From Girardia tigrina (lineage: Eukaryota): a DNA stretch of 54,552 nt. The translations under genes were made by a program, and so were the position numbers. This document shows positions 40,601-49,768 of this stretch, in pieces (within the stretch, counting starts at the first letter, position 1; the number at the start of each line of letters is the position of its first letter). The stretch is from NCBI GenBank assembly GCA_001938485.1, contig MQRK01250726.1, positions 1 to 54,552 of the forward strand, written 5' to 3'. The notes beneath the pieces are model-generated. The model had not been told where the DNA came from. It worked only from the letters and a program-made list of their open reading frames with translations, and did no database searches.

Positions 40601-43600
40601 AGTGGAAGTCCCTCTTTTTGAAGCATTTTTTCAGGTGCTTGTTCCAGTTTGGACTGTAAGCTGACTGAAGAATTAGCTTGACCTGGCTATGTTCAAAGAA
40701 TTCCCGGGTTTGTACATCTGCATAAGGACGCGCATTGTCAGGTTGTCACCAGAGCTGGTTAAGTCGTGTTATAGAAGAACATAGAGTCTCCCATTTTTCA
40801 CCAGTATTGTGGACAAACTCAGTTTATCGTTGATAGGTCACTACTTCACCAGGTGGTACAGTATGAATATTGCACTTCTATGTCCAATGAATGCGAGAAG
40901 AATCATTTTCTTGTGATTTGTCAACTTTCGGAGGACAACCCGATGGATATGAAGGTGAGAAAGAAGCAACGCACGGTTTTCCTGTTTTGTTTGTAAATAC
41001 ACTTCTGTAGCTATACGTTCACTCTGTGTTCAATAAACGCATACACATGAAATTTCTCTTTGTTCAGCTCAATTTGCGCAGTCGTTGCACTAAGACAAAG
41101 TATTCTAAGAATCATGCTTATATGTGGTTATATACGCGTGTGAGTGAGTAGCCATCTAATAAGTTCGATAGTATAAAGTCTTGTGATTGGTTTAACGCAG
41201 TACCAATGCATAACTAGCAGTTATTACTTTTCAGACACGCGCAATAGTAAAAAATTAATTGACTTATGTATTGTCATCGGAGATACAAGTAATGGCTAAA
41301 TCAAGGCTCAATTAGAACGTGAAAGATGGTTGAAAAGAACAACACCATTTATTTTCTACAATTAACTAACAATAGTCAATTTGAAATAAGTCGCTTTGTT
41401 GCCACCATATTTTTGTATTGATTGATTTTACAGTGTATTTTTAATAAATGCAACTTTCTTCTTTTGTTGTAGCATTTAATTAAACTTCCACCTTTTAATG
41501 ATCACATACATCATTAAACTGATTTTCTCCTATACATAAGAAAAACTTTTGAATAAGTCGTTGAAAATTGTTAAATGTTCATATTGTTTGTTCTCTCTTG
41601 AACATTATAAAAACTTTTCTTTGAAAATCAGTCGATACATAAAATTATTTTACAAATAAATAAACATATTAAAACGAAAACTTTTGTAGATATAATTAGC
41701 ATCAAAAATTGTATTTAAATAATTTATTTGATTGGCTTATGATTCACTCTTTATTACATAATATCATTTATATATTACATGATATCATAACATTTCATAC
41801 ATTATATACAAAAACTAAAACTTACAGATATTTGTAAGCACAAGAAATTACAGGAGAAATAAAGTAGAATAACAAATAAAATCCAATAGCTCCGAAAATA
41901 GGTAAATAGTAATCTGAAATAAAAAATATTATAAATGGACAAAAAATATTTATAAAAATATATCCGTCAAGAAAACATTTGCAAGAAAACTTAGTTCCTT
42001 GTCATGTCGATTTTTTGATTATATTAGGTTGATGCAAAAGAAATGTCGTTTTTAATATTCATTGTTTGAAATATTTAGAAAATCATTTATAAATAGATTT
42101 ATAATTAAATTTACTTTAAAGCTTAAACTTTACTCTATATTTTGATACCAAATATGACATTATTGTTGATAATGTAAGGAATATTTATTTTATTTTAGAA
42201 ATGTTAGAAAAGAAGGAAATGAGAACAATTTTATTCTACAATTTCAAACTAGGTCGAAAAGCCACAGAAACGGCTCGGAATATTAATAATGTATTTGGAC
42301 AACATACCACTAATTTACGAACAGTACAACGTTTGTTTTCTAAGTTTCGTACTATCAACGAGAGCCTTGAAGATGAAGAATACGTAGTCGACCATCACAA
42401 GTTGACGACGACCATTTGAAGAAGTTAATCATAGCCGACCCGCATAAAAATTCACGGGAAGTCGCTCAACAACTCAACGTTCACCAATCAACAGTTGTTC
42501 GCCATCTGAAGAAAATCGAGAAAGTGAAAAAGCTGGACAAGTGGGTGCCGCACCAATAAAACGAAAATCGAAAAAATCGTCGTTCTAACGTGTGTTTTTC
42601 TCTGATTTTGCGTAATCAAAGCGACCCGTTTCTGGATCGAATTGTAACGTGCGATGAAAAATAAATCCTATACGACAACCGGCGACGTTCAGCTCAATGG
42701 TTGGATTTCAATGAGGCTCCAAAGCCTTTCCCAAAGCCAAAATTACAACAAAAAGGTCATGGTAGCTGTTTGGTGGTCCGCATACGGTTTAATCCATTAC
42801 AACTTCCTAAAACAAGGCGAAACAATTACAGCGGAAAAGTTTTGTCAACAAATTGACAAAATACACCAAGAACTACAAAAAACGGCCAGAACTACTGAAT
42901 AGAAAGGGGCCAATTCTTCTGCATGACAACGCTCGTGCACATGTTGCAAGAAAGATCATGCTGAAGTTAAACGAACTGGGATATGAAACTTTGCCTCATC
43001 CACCGTACTCACCAGACCTTTCTCCTAGAGACTATCACCTTGTCAAATATTTCACCCTGTTCCATCGCGAAAAATGCTTAAGAAACCAATGAGATGCTGA
43101 AAGAGCGTTGAACGACTTCATCGCCTACAGAACTCCAGAATTTTATGAAACTGGAATACAAAAACTTGTTACCCGTTGGCAACAGTGTGTTCAATGTAAT
43201 GATTTTTAATTTGACTTATAAAGTTAATTCTAAAGAAAGTTATGTTCATTTAAAGTTAACGGTGAAAAAACGACATTTCTTTTGCATCAACCTAATATGT
43301 CTTGAACGTTTTCTTTGTACATATAAAAGAACATTATGTTACTGAATCCGTTTACAGAGATGACGACAAGTCTCTTCGATGTATATGGCGTCACATCCAT
43401 TACATTTATATTGATAAACTAAATTGTAATATAAACCAGTTGGAGTGATAGATTTACTACTAAACAAACTTAAATGGAACTACTAATTGGAGGAGACTTT
43501 AATTGTAGGTTGAAGAGCACCGAAGAGTACAAATCGGTTGTAGGTATCTACGCAACTGGAGTTTAGACGTCGGAGAACGGAGAGCTGCTTACCAAGATGG

Positions 43601-46600
43601 CGATATCATGTGGACTGCGTGTTGAAAACACCTTTTACAGGAAAAAACTTAGCCAGAGAACGAGCTGGACTCACCCAGCAACATCTAGGAGGTCAATACT
43701 TTATCTCTTTCTTATTGAAAGAAATCGAGCTAATAGGACATCCGAAAAAACCCAGGATTTGACTGTGGTTCCGACCACGATCTGGTATTTATAACTACCA
43801 GAGTCAGAGAAGAAGGAAAAAGACCGAAAAGGCTAAGAAACGACAGAAACACGCGCAAACACTAAATGCCAGATGGAGAAGCAATCATGGAGAAAAAAGA
43901 AACGATAATTGAAACATTTCCACATGTTCAATTTTCAGGTACCGATTGGAAGTCCACCAATCAAAAGATCTGCGATATGGTACGAGGAGCAAGCACAAGA
44001 TCAAAGCGAATTCCCCCGAATCTAAAGTGGCTACATGGTCACCTAGAGGAGTTAAATATACTTATTGGAGAAAAATGGGCGAGACACACTGAGTTTGTGA
44101 GGAATATAAACAACGACACTTTTTCCAGGTGGAAATCCAGCAGAATACTTCTCCAGAAGAATATCAGAAGATGGAAACGTGAAAGAGTCGAGGCTCTAAG
44201 CGAACAAATCGAGAAGATACTAAGCAATGATGGAGAAGGAAAACTGAAGGAGCTCACTACGGAACTACGTATCCTCTGTAAATCACAATCGAATGAGAAC
44301 ACTCTGTGTACTCCCGCGAACCCTATTGGAACAAGGAGCTGACCAACCACTTCAATAATCTTTTTAGGGCCCCATTAGAGCAGAACGAACGGACTAATAT
44401 CGCTGGAGACACTCTAAATCTCGATGATTTGGATCTCCTCCGACGAGAGAAGAAATAACAGAGGCAGTGAAGCAGTTGTTGAGTGGGACAGCCGCGGGAT
44501 CTGATGAATTGATCTCTGAAATCTATAAGTGGGGGTGTGAAAATACTAACCCTACTGGAGGAGTGCTTTAGAAACATATGGAATGGATTAGAGGCATTCC
44601 CACCTAGTTGGAGAGAGGCCAAAGTGGTGGTTCTTTTCAAAGGGAAAGGCTCTCGAAAAGATCAAAATAACTACCGAGGTATTTTTCTTTTAGATGTAGG
44701 AGGAAAGATTCTAGCCAGAATCATCACGAACCGAATCACTCCGATCACCGAAGCGATACTGGACGAGTGGCAGTATGGATTCCGGCCAGGAAGAGGAACT
44801 CATTTGGCTATAAGTATCTTGAGGAAATTGCAGGAGGAAGCGCGATACAAGAACATTAATATGTATGTTATCTTTATCGACTTGGAGAAGGCATTCGACA
44901 GTGTCCCCCGGGAGTCTCTCTGGAGCTGCTTAAAGAGACTATGGATAAGGGGGAGAATGTTAGAGATCATCAAAGCTTTCCATGAGGGATTCGAAGGTTC
45001 TATAGGTGATGAAACCTTCAACATGGATAAAGGAGTGCGTCAAGGTTGTGTTTTAGGGCCGCTCCTGTTCAATATTGTATTCGACACGGTTGTGAAAAGA
45101 GCAATATTGAACGGTCTCTCTAGAGGAGTGATGATGAAACATGAAGATGGAAGCTTCCTTGAGATCAACAGACTAACCTATGCTGACGATCTCTGCCTCA
45201 CTGAGACGGACTGGAACAACTTGATAAATAATTTGAACATTTTAAATGCATCCTTTTTAGATTTATGTCTCAAAATTAACATCGGTAAAACCAAAGTTTT
45301 GAACCTAAACGGAGATACTCGGATCCTTACTGCTGGTCACCAGCTTGATGCCGGTATTGAGTGGGTCTCTAGCTTTTGTTACCTAGGATCCACGATCTCT
45401 TCAGCATGAAATGTGGATGCGGAAGTGAAAGAAAGAATCAAGAAAGGAACCCAGAAGATCCGGGATCTGAGACCAGTGCTGAAGAGTTCCAAACTGAGTA
45501 TGAGGAATAAGACGAAAGTAATCAACGCATGCATATTCTCCGTAGTCTACTACGGCTGTGAAAGCTGGAGAACTGCGGACAAGAATATTAAGAAATTGCA
45601 TGCTCTTCATAACCTATGCACGCGCATAGTTAGGAAGAAACACAAAATTGAAAATATCCGTATGGACATCCTGGACATTGGACTCCCACATCCCATGGAT
45701 ATTATCGCGAGTAAACGGCTTACTCTCCACAGTAAGACGGAAACTTCAGAGGAGTACGAGACAATCAAACTAATCTGGAAGGGAGAAATACAAATTGGGA
45801 AAAAGATCAGTGGGAGAAAGAAGCAATCAATTTCGGAATGTCTTCGAGTGGACATACAGTGGCTATTTGGGGATGATGCGGTGTATGGAGATTTCATTAA
45901 CCGCATCAATCACAGAGATACTACTGTATCGAGGGAAACATACATAAATTCCTTAATTCGATCAGGAAGACTCAATAGGACAAGAACAACTGTACCGAAG
46001 CTGATCAACGAGAGAGACAAACGTCACCAATGTCCAGTAGAAAGATGCTACAAGGAGTTTGCCGAAAAGAAGGAGCTAAACAGACATGAAAAGGGACCAC
46101 GCGGTGTCCACTTCTGCTAATCCTGATCAGCTCAATGAGATACAACAACAGCAACAGCCATTCCCATGTACACTATGCAAAAAGTCGTACAAAACGAAGG
46201 GGTGGCTGACCAGGCACCTCTACCGGGATCATAAATTGGAGGAGACAGAAGAAATTGTAGAACCGACAATGACACCAGCGCAAACCAGTACAACTAATAC
46301 CACAGAAGAGAGAGTCGTATAAAACCTCAACATTCCAGGCAAGCAGATTCAATCCGTGACGGAACCCCGACTATCTCGACGGCGGTGGAAGAAGCGATAG
46401 GTACTGAAGAAACACATTTGACTTTTAGGATTGCAGATCTAACTGCAAGGGGGAGTTCAGATGTCCCTTTCGCGGCTGTACGAAGTCCACGATACAGCCA
46501 AAGGTATGCAGAACCATGGCTATACAACCCATGGGTGGTCGTTTCTCACAGGGAAGCCAAAAAGATCTCGGAGACCGAAACTATCCGACACCGTAGGAGG

Positions 46601-47370
46601 CCTATCGGTGGGCTGCTAGTAATTCTTTAGTTTGAGTGGACCCTCTAAAGAACCTAGAGGCTCAATACCATTCGAAAGAGATGGGAGGCCCACTAAACAA
46701 ACTTCCTATCTTACATGATCTAGATACAATTTTTAAATTTAATAAATTATTTTCATGTTACTTTAAAACAATCCTAAATGAATTATCAAGGATATCTTAA
46801 GTGAACATTTGAACAAATTTATCGAAATTTCGAAAATAAATATCATTATGTTTGCAGAACAAATATGGTATAATTATGCATTTATACGGAGTTGTAAATA
46901 TTAATCATGACGTGAAGTGAATGTTTAACGTTTAGCAATCAGAGGCAAGTCGAAAATCGGCAAGAAATAAAAAGAACTCAAAAGTTAATTTTGTGAAACC
47001 AAAATATTAAAAAACAAGATTTAGTGGATGTGAATGGCACTTCAAATTAACGGATAAAATGATCAGCCTAAGAGTAATAAATGATCATATATTCTTTCAA
47101 ATTTTCTTCCGTTTGTTTTCTACCAACAAATATCAGTAATTTACAGAGCAAGGACAAGATAATCGATCTATAATTGATTATATTTCTAATTTTGTTTTAC
47201 CTAATATTATCCTGATATTTTTTCTATTTTCCAGGAACAATAATTAAGTAAATAATATTGATTTTTTATAAATAATGATTCTCGAAATTTTAAAAGCATA
47301 TTTGACAACAACTTACCTTCACCAGCATCGGCCACATAAAACGTAAAATCTTTTACTCGGATTGTCCGAT
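6921..47370 (-). CDS. sid-1: SID-1 transmembrane family protein (SIDT1/SIDT2/CHUP-1-like), 5'-partial, 17 coding exons: 47317-47370, 41826-41913, 39511-39536, 36394-36471, 36190-36350, 26372-26445, 26252-26318, 26056-26204, 22662-22710, 22500-22617, 22320-22456, 17083-17185, 13156-13276, 8698-8803, 7202-7312, 7034-7147, 6921-6983
   Basis: Manual splicing with GT-AG introns gives one phase-consistent open frame (1619 nt). It contains SIDT hallmark motifs [94 protein letters not shown] and the C-terminus RDKIPVF*. The ectodomain exons were not found in the window. Confidence 0.95.
7034..7147 (-). CDS. sid-1: sid-1-like exon: [38 protein letters not shown]
   Basis: HDxWH metal-binding motif of the SID-1/CREST superfamily. 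Confidence 0.97.
7202..7312 (-). CDS. sid-1: sid-1-like exon: [37 protein letters not shown]
   Basis: WGF.L.F.....WQ motif; canonical splice sites. Confidence 0.94.
7620..8420 (-). mobile_element. 5'-truncated Penelope-like element: GIY-YIG endonuclease plus pseudo-LTR
   Basis: NLVYQYKC..C...YIGET.RHL.TR..H ... EALLI...KPSLN.Q, an upstream LKIPY linker, and a downstream TATA box and hammerhead motif. Confidence 0.92.
7694..7736 (-). ncRNA. Minimal type I hammerhead ribozyme motif (Penelope-associated)
   Basis: Minus strand reads gaa CUGAAGA U GCCAC aaaa GUGGC GAAAC AU GUU uuc: intact core boxes, 5-bp stem II, palindromic ACAUGU stem III, short stem I. Confidence 0.75.
8698..8803 (-). CDS. 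sid-1: sid-1-like exon: [35 protein letters not shown]
   Basis: NLLLY..YIIMK motif. Confidence 0.95.
10398..12312 (-). mobile_element. Tigger/pogo DNA transposon, near full length, decayed
   Basis: Imperfect TIRs CAGTGCATTCCACTTATCTCGA / CAGTGCACTCTGGATAACTCGA flanked by TA. Minus-strand motifs [24 protein letters not shown] and PRCFK. Confidence 0.88.
12519..12690 (+). mobile_element. RTE-type LINE reverse transcriptase fragment
   Basis: KVML.VLQRRI.......[18 protein letters not shown]. Confidence 0.8.
13156..13276 (-). CDS. sid-1: sid-1-like exon: [39 protein letters not shown]
   Basis: Matches SIDT P....RM.LL...N..N; gtaag donor; phases consistent. Confidence 0.92.
13670..13945 (+). mobile_element. 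Tc1-like transposase fragment
   Basis: W...[10 protein letters not shown] (first catalytic-motif region) next to an (AT)n tract. Confidence 0.55.
14460..15200. repeat. Non-autonomous Helentron/DINE-1-like repeat
   Basis: GC-richer non-coding block ending in (CAGA)n(CAAA)n at about 15140-15160, a DINE/HINE-type hallmark. Boundaries approximate. Confidence 0.4.
15429..15841. mobile_element. hAT-family MITE (413 bp)
   Basis: Perfect 8-bp TSD GTTCGAGC at 15421-15428 and 15842-15849; TIRs CAGGCGCGTAGC / GCTACGCCGCTG; internal C/G runs. Confidence 0.92.
16190..16239. other. Assembly gap (50 N) adjoining (AT)n
   Basis: Run of N. Confidence 1.
16400..16720 (+). mobile_element. Penelope-like 3' end / pseudo-LTR remnant
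   Basis: ORF tail ..LLRVF (compare ..HIRVF* in the 7796 copy), CTATATAA box, then a hammerhead motif and AATAAA. Confidence 0.6.
16591..16640 (+). ncRNA. Minimal hammerhead ribozyme motif
   Basis: gac CUGACGA U aACGGU uau ACCGUc GAAA UUAA UU guc: core intact, closing pair of stem II mismatched, palindromic AUUAAU stem III. Confidence 0.65.
17083..17185 (-). CDS. sid-1: sid-1-like exon: [34 protein letters not shown]
   Basis: Matches SIDT FW.IF...YYMGRWKL; canonical splice sites. Confidence 0.94.
18990..19740 (-). mobile_element. Highly decayed Penelope-like remnant
   Basis: Hammerhead motif related to the 16.6 kb copy, a shared downstream ATGGCG motif, and a weak LNTQ ORF tail. Confidence 0.45.
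19026..19071 (-). ncRNA. Minimal hammerhead ribozyme motif
   Basis: GUGAU CUGAAGA U GAUG..CGUC GAAA UAAA UU AUCAC: perfect 5-bp stem I, 4-bp stem II including one G-U pair, core intact. Confidence 0.7.
20500..21077 (+). repeat. Dispersed repeat; inverted partner at 35474-36075
   Basis: Long colinear reverse-complement match, for example CAGCACCCATACATTTACACATTTAAAC is identical; roughly 85-90% by eye. Confidence 0.9.
21627..21770 (+). mobile_element. Two piggyBac-type MITE left ends
   Basis: TTAA-CACATTGACTGCTG and TTAA-CACATTGAATGCTG, with the palindrome GTACGAGATATCTCGTAC. No clear right end. Confidence 0.45.
22320..22456 (-). CDS. sid-1: sid-1-like exon: [45 protein letters not shown]
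   Basis: [12 protein letters not shown] motif; gttagt donor. Confidence 0.96.
22500..22617 (-). CDS. sid-1: sid-1-like exon: [39 protein letters not shown](D)
   Basis: Most conserved SIDT block, containing the SxxYH motif. Confidence 0.97.
22662..22710 (-). CDS. sid-1: sid-1-like exon: (R)[16 protein letters not shown]
   Basis: Phase-consistent 49-nt exon followed by a 44-bp intron. Confidence 0.85.
24248..25810 (+). mobile_element. Mariner element, decayed (transposase from about 24772), with a nested MITE
   Basis: TA-flanked imperfect TIRs TAAAGTTGCCCCATAAGTTTT / AAAACTTATGAGGCAACCCTA; WVPH, SCDE, HPPYSP and CIEHNGDYF motifs. Confidence 0.92.
24325..24616. mobile_element. Stowaway-like Tc1/mariner MITE (292 bp)
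   Basis: Perfect 29-bp TIR CTCCCTCTGTTCCGAAATAATGTTTACAT with TA on both sides. Confidence 0.92.
26056..26204 (-). CDS. sid-1: sid-1-like exon: [49 protein letters not shown]
   Basis: [10 protein letters not shown] and AFNNIxSN motifs. Confidence 0.96.
26252..26318 (-). CDS. sid-1: sid-1-like exon: [22 protein letters not shown]
   Basis: FYxLPVxQLV motif; flanked by 53-bp and 47-bp introns. Confidence 0.93.
26372..26445 (-). CDS. sid-1: sid-1-like exon: [24 protein letters not shown](W)
   Basis: Matches SIDT LYVADLARK..KKY.IY.W; canonical splice sites. Confidence 0.93.
28030..28624 (-). pseudogene. SNIP1: Intronless SNIP1/Pml1-like FHA-domain pseudogene
   Basis: NF....[70 protein letters not shown]...YVLL plus an acidic tail. 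Two in-frame stops; the FHA GR motif is lost. Confidence 0.88.
29108..29400 (+). pseudogene. hAT transposase N-terminal BED zinc-finger remnant
   Basis: SKTWKF ... [16 protein letters not shown] matches the BED finger W..F and T..L..HL...H pattern; the cysteines are not retained. Confidence 0.6.
29568..29719. other. Assembly gap (152 N) adjoining (AT)n
   Basis: Run of N. Confidence 1.
31621..31801. mobile_element. Small hAT (Charlie-type) MITE nested in the larger hAT
   Basis: CAGTGGTTCCCAACCT ... AGGTAGGAAACCACT imperfect TIRs; TSD not preserved. Confidence 0.65.
32539..34240 (-). mobile_element. 5'-truncated Ty3/gypsy element: RNase H, integrase and a short 3' LTR (about 32539-32653)
   Basis: RNase H CDAS..GVAL, ELEAV, SDN; integrase H-H-C-C finger, [15 protein letters not shown]; purine tract GTGGGAG abutting TGTTGG..., with the LTR ending ...GTTACA. 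Confidence 0.9.
34590..34792. mobile_element. Possible piggyBac-type MITE
   Basis: TTAA-TCCTTCCAACA ... TGTTGGAAGGAGG-TTAA. Confidence 0.5.
35474..36075 (-). repeat. Dispersed repeat; inverted partner of 20500-21077
   Basis: Reverse-complement colinearity with 20500-21077. Confidence 0.9.
36190..36350 (-). CDS. sid-1: sid-1-like exon, acidic loop ending [20 protein letters not shown]
   Basis: The end aligns without gaps to the SIDT DYDTLTDIDSDKNVIRTK segment; gtaatt donor in phase 0. Confidence 0.8.
36394..36471 (-). CDS. sid-1: sid-1-like exon, cytosolic loop: [25 protein letters not shown]
   Basis: ttttag acceptor and open frame; 43-bp intron to the next exon. The exact donor is slightly ambiguous (36394 vs 36389). 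Confidence 0.7.
38900..39420. repeat. Non-autonomous Helentron/DINE-1-like repeat
   Basis: (GGAT)n tetranucleotide core near one end followed by a GC-richer body. Boundaries approximate. Confidence 0.4.
39511..39536 (-). CDS. sid-1: sid-1-like 26-nt micro-exon: (L)CLKNTEFE(E)
   Basis: tttcatttag acceptor and AAG|gtaact donor. It supplies the phase 2 to phase 1 bridge required between the flanking exons. Confidence 0.65.
40390..41246 (-). mobile_element. Internally deleted, decayed mariner
   Basis: Imperfect TIRs CGTGTCTAAAAAGTAAT / ATTACTTTTCAGACACG; traces of the transposase C-terminus (C....G.Y.E) on the minus strand. Confidence 0.7.
41826..41913 (-). CDS. sid-1: sid-1-like exon, first TM helix: [28 protein letters not shown]
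   Basis: tttcag / gtaag splice sites; hydrophobic helix resembling SIDT TM1. Confidence 0.85.
42024..43295 (+). mobile_element. Full-length (1272 bp) cecropia/Hsmar1-like mariner, transposase pseudogenised
   Basis: Perfect TIRs TTAGGTTGATGCAAAAGAAATGTCGTTTT with TA TSD; LDKWVPH, IVTCDEK, HDNAR and [14 protein letters not shown] motifs; several stops and frameshifts. Confidence 0.97.
43472..46691 (+). mobile_element. 5'-truncated RTE-clade LINE: APE endonuclease, RT and C-terminal C2H2 zinc fingers
   Basis: [54 protein letters not shown] and YGCESW motifs; 13-bp TSD ACTAAACAAACTT at 43459-43471 and 46692-46704; stops and frameshifts present. Confidence 0.95.
47317..47370 (-). CDS. sid-1: sid-1-like exon, end of ectodomain: (D)[17 protein letters not shown](D)
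   Basis: tttcag acceptor and G|gtaagt donor; phase matches the TM1 exon. Sequence similarity is modest. Confidence 0.75.
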
Positions 47371-49614
47371 CTGAAATGCTAATTCACTACCAATGACTTG
47401 GAATAAATGATTACTTTGATTTATTTGTTTCATCTTATTTTTTGTCTCACAATCTTCATCATTAAGATTCAGCACAAATACTATGAAGAAACTTTTATTC
47501 TTAAATTTAGGACGACCTGTTTGCTTGAAGATAATTATTCGATTTTTTATTGAATAAATGAATAAATGTTACTGGAACAACCATAGCACCATTCTTCATT
47601 ACTGTTTGGTACACACCGCTGTATTTGACACTCATAGGATCGTCGTGAACGGGACACTAGCAATGGAAATTAAGAATCATTTTCGATATTATGAGGGGTT
47701 AATTTAAATTTTCATCTCGCTAGAATAATTTATTATTTTTTTAATTTAAAAGGTAAAATATATTAATGTTAATATGCTTTTTAAATATTTTAAAAAATTA
47801 ACAATGATATAATAAAAGAAAATCATAAAAAAATTAAAAATCTATTTAAAAATAAAAAATATCTTTTTAATGTATCTATTAAATATCTTAAAATTAAAAA
47901 TGATAAGAAAACCATTTAATATTAAATATTTATTTATAAATAAAAATATTTTACAGTCATAACAATTTATATATTTTAATATAAGTTATGAAACGATTTT
48001 AAATAAATTTTAAAATAAATTTTTAGTTTTAATGTGAAATGTATTTAATAAATTTGCAAGAATTTGAAGATTGAATCGAAAAGAATTTAATAGATTAATT
48101 TGTGGCAAGATAATTGTATTAACAGAAAAATTTGTTTAAATATGTGAATTGTTGATATGAATACATTTTGGTGTTAAAAAAATGAATTCAGATATTGATG
48201 TTGCAACCACTTCTCAAAGATATAACTAAATCTTGTTTATTTTTATTAATATTTGTTATTAAAAAATGTCTTTGGTTTAAATTCTTACGATTTTTAAACT
48301 TAAAACAAACCTTATTTCAATACATTCTATGAACCTGAAGCGTCTGTCATTACTGAAATATTGTTTATAATGAGACTTCGTTCCAAAACAAAATTTATTA
48401 TAAATTTCAATTATTATTATCTTGTAAACAAATTTAAATAAAATTGGCAAACTATCAAACAAATAATGTTCCAGCTAATCATAGTTTATTAATTTTGACG
48501 GTTTAAAAACTCCCAAAAGGTAGAAGAGAATTCAGTTTGAAGGTTAATTTTGGAATCCAAAGATCTTATATATAACGCTTAACATATCATACTCTCCAAA
48601 TAATTCTTAAATTCAGTGCACAGAATTTCAAAGTGTTGTGAATTTATGTCCCCTTTACAATGCCTTCTATGTCCTGTAATGTTACTTCTACTTTCATGAC
48701 GACTGTGTTACTGGATCAGAGATGACGTGAAGTCTCTCCAATTTATGTGACGTTACCCACATTACATGTACATTGGTTAATGAGATCCGAACACAATCAT
48801 AACGGCGTTACAGATTTATTGCCGAACATGTTTTGAATTTTTGGGTAGAAGATATTACTTTTAAACTTATATCATTATTTAAAGCCTTCAAAATAGAATT
48901 TTTAAATATTTATAATTTATTTTAGAAAATAAAGAATATTTTAAATCAGTATAAAAGAAATAAAAATTAGAAAGAATAAAAAAATTAATTTTGGACATTG
49001 ACTAATTCCGACTAAATTTGGTGATTCGACTTAGGCTGATCGCGTATTACACTTGGACTTTCTAAGTTTACGATTAACTATTAAAACGATTCAAATCGCA
49101 TTATTAGAGAAGAGAAATAATTTGTAAATCGTAAAAATATTTGAAAGTACGACATTGATAATAGTTGAAAATGCCAAAGTGTAAAGTTAAATTGATTTTC
49201 AATTCCTAGCTTTTTATATTTTTATTAAAATCAAGGTTGTGAGGATAATTTTTCCCACGCTCTATTATAAAATAAAGTGATAAGTCTTTTGAATTATAAC
49301 TGTTAACTGTAATAATTGCTTTGTAAGTGTTAGTGTTCACTTCCTTATGCATCTAAAATCGATGTGCACTTTGCATAAATTTGCACATTATGCCAATTAT
49401 AGGGAAAAGTAATCAATATATGAAAATTCTAATTGCACATTCAGATAGAGAATCAAAATGCGCATCAAACACATGATATCGATTTTTGACACTAACACTT
49501 TTAAAAAATTTTATGCATTGATTTTTGCACTTTTGCACATGTGCAACTTAAAAGGCACTGTGCTAGCACATTAGAAATGTGCGCACAGTGTGTACTATCG
49601 ATTACCACTTTTTT

Positions 49615-49768
49615 CTTCGGTTGCTATGGAAAGGGTGACCGTTATCATGGTTACAACCGCCTTGAATTGATGTATCCGTTGCTAATGAAAAACGTCCCAT
49701 AGTTACCGTTGCTAAAGAACCCGGAACCAATGAGAAACGTTTCTAGGGTGATCGCGACCGTTGCTATG
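49615..49768. repeat. Degenerate 21-bp tandem repeat (CCGTTGCTATGGTAACC-type), left part
   Basis: Repeated GTTGCTA / GTTAC / GTGACC units that continue at 52870 after the LTR insertion. Confidence 0.75.

Noticed and set aside
44039-46527. Several minus-strand ORFs over the LINE
   Set aside because: Antisense shadows of the GC-richer retroelement coding strand.
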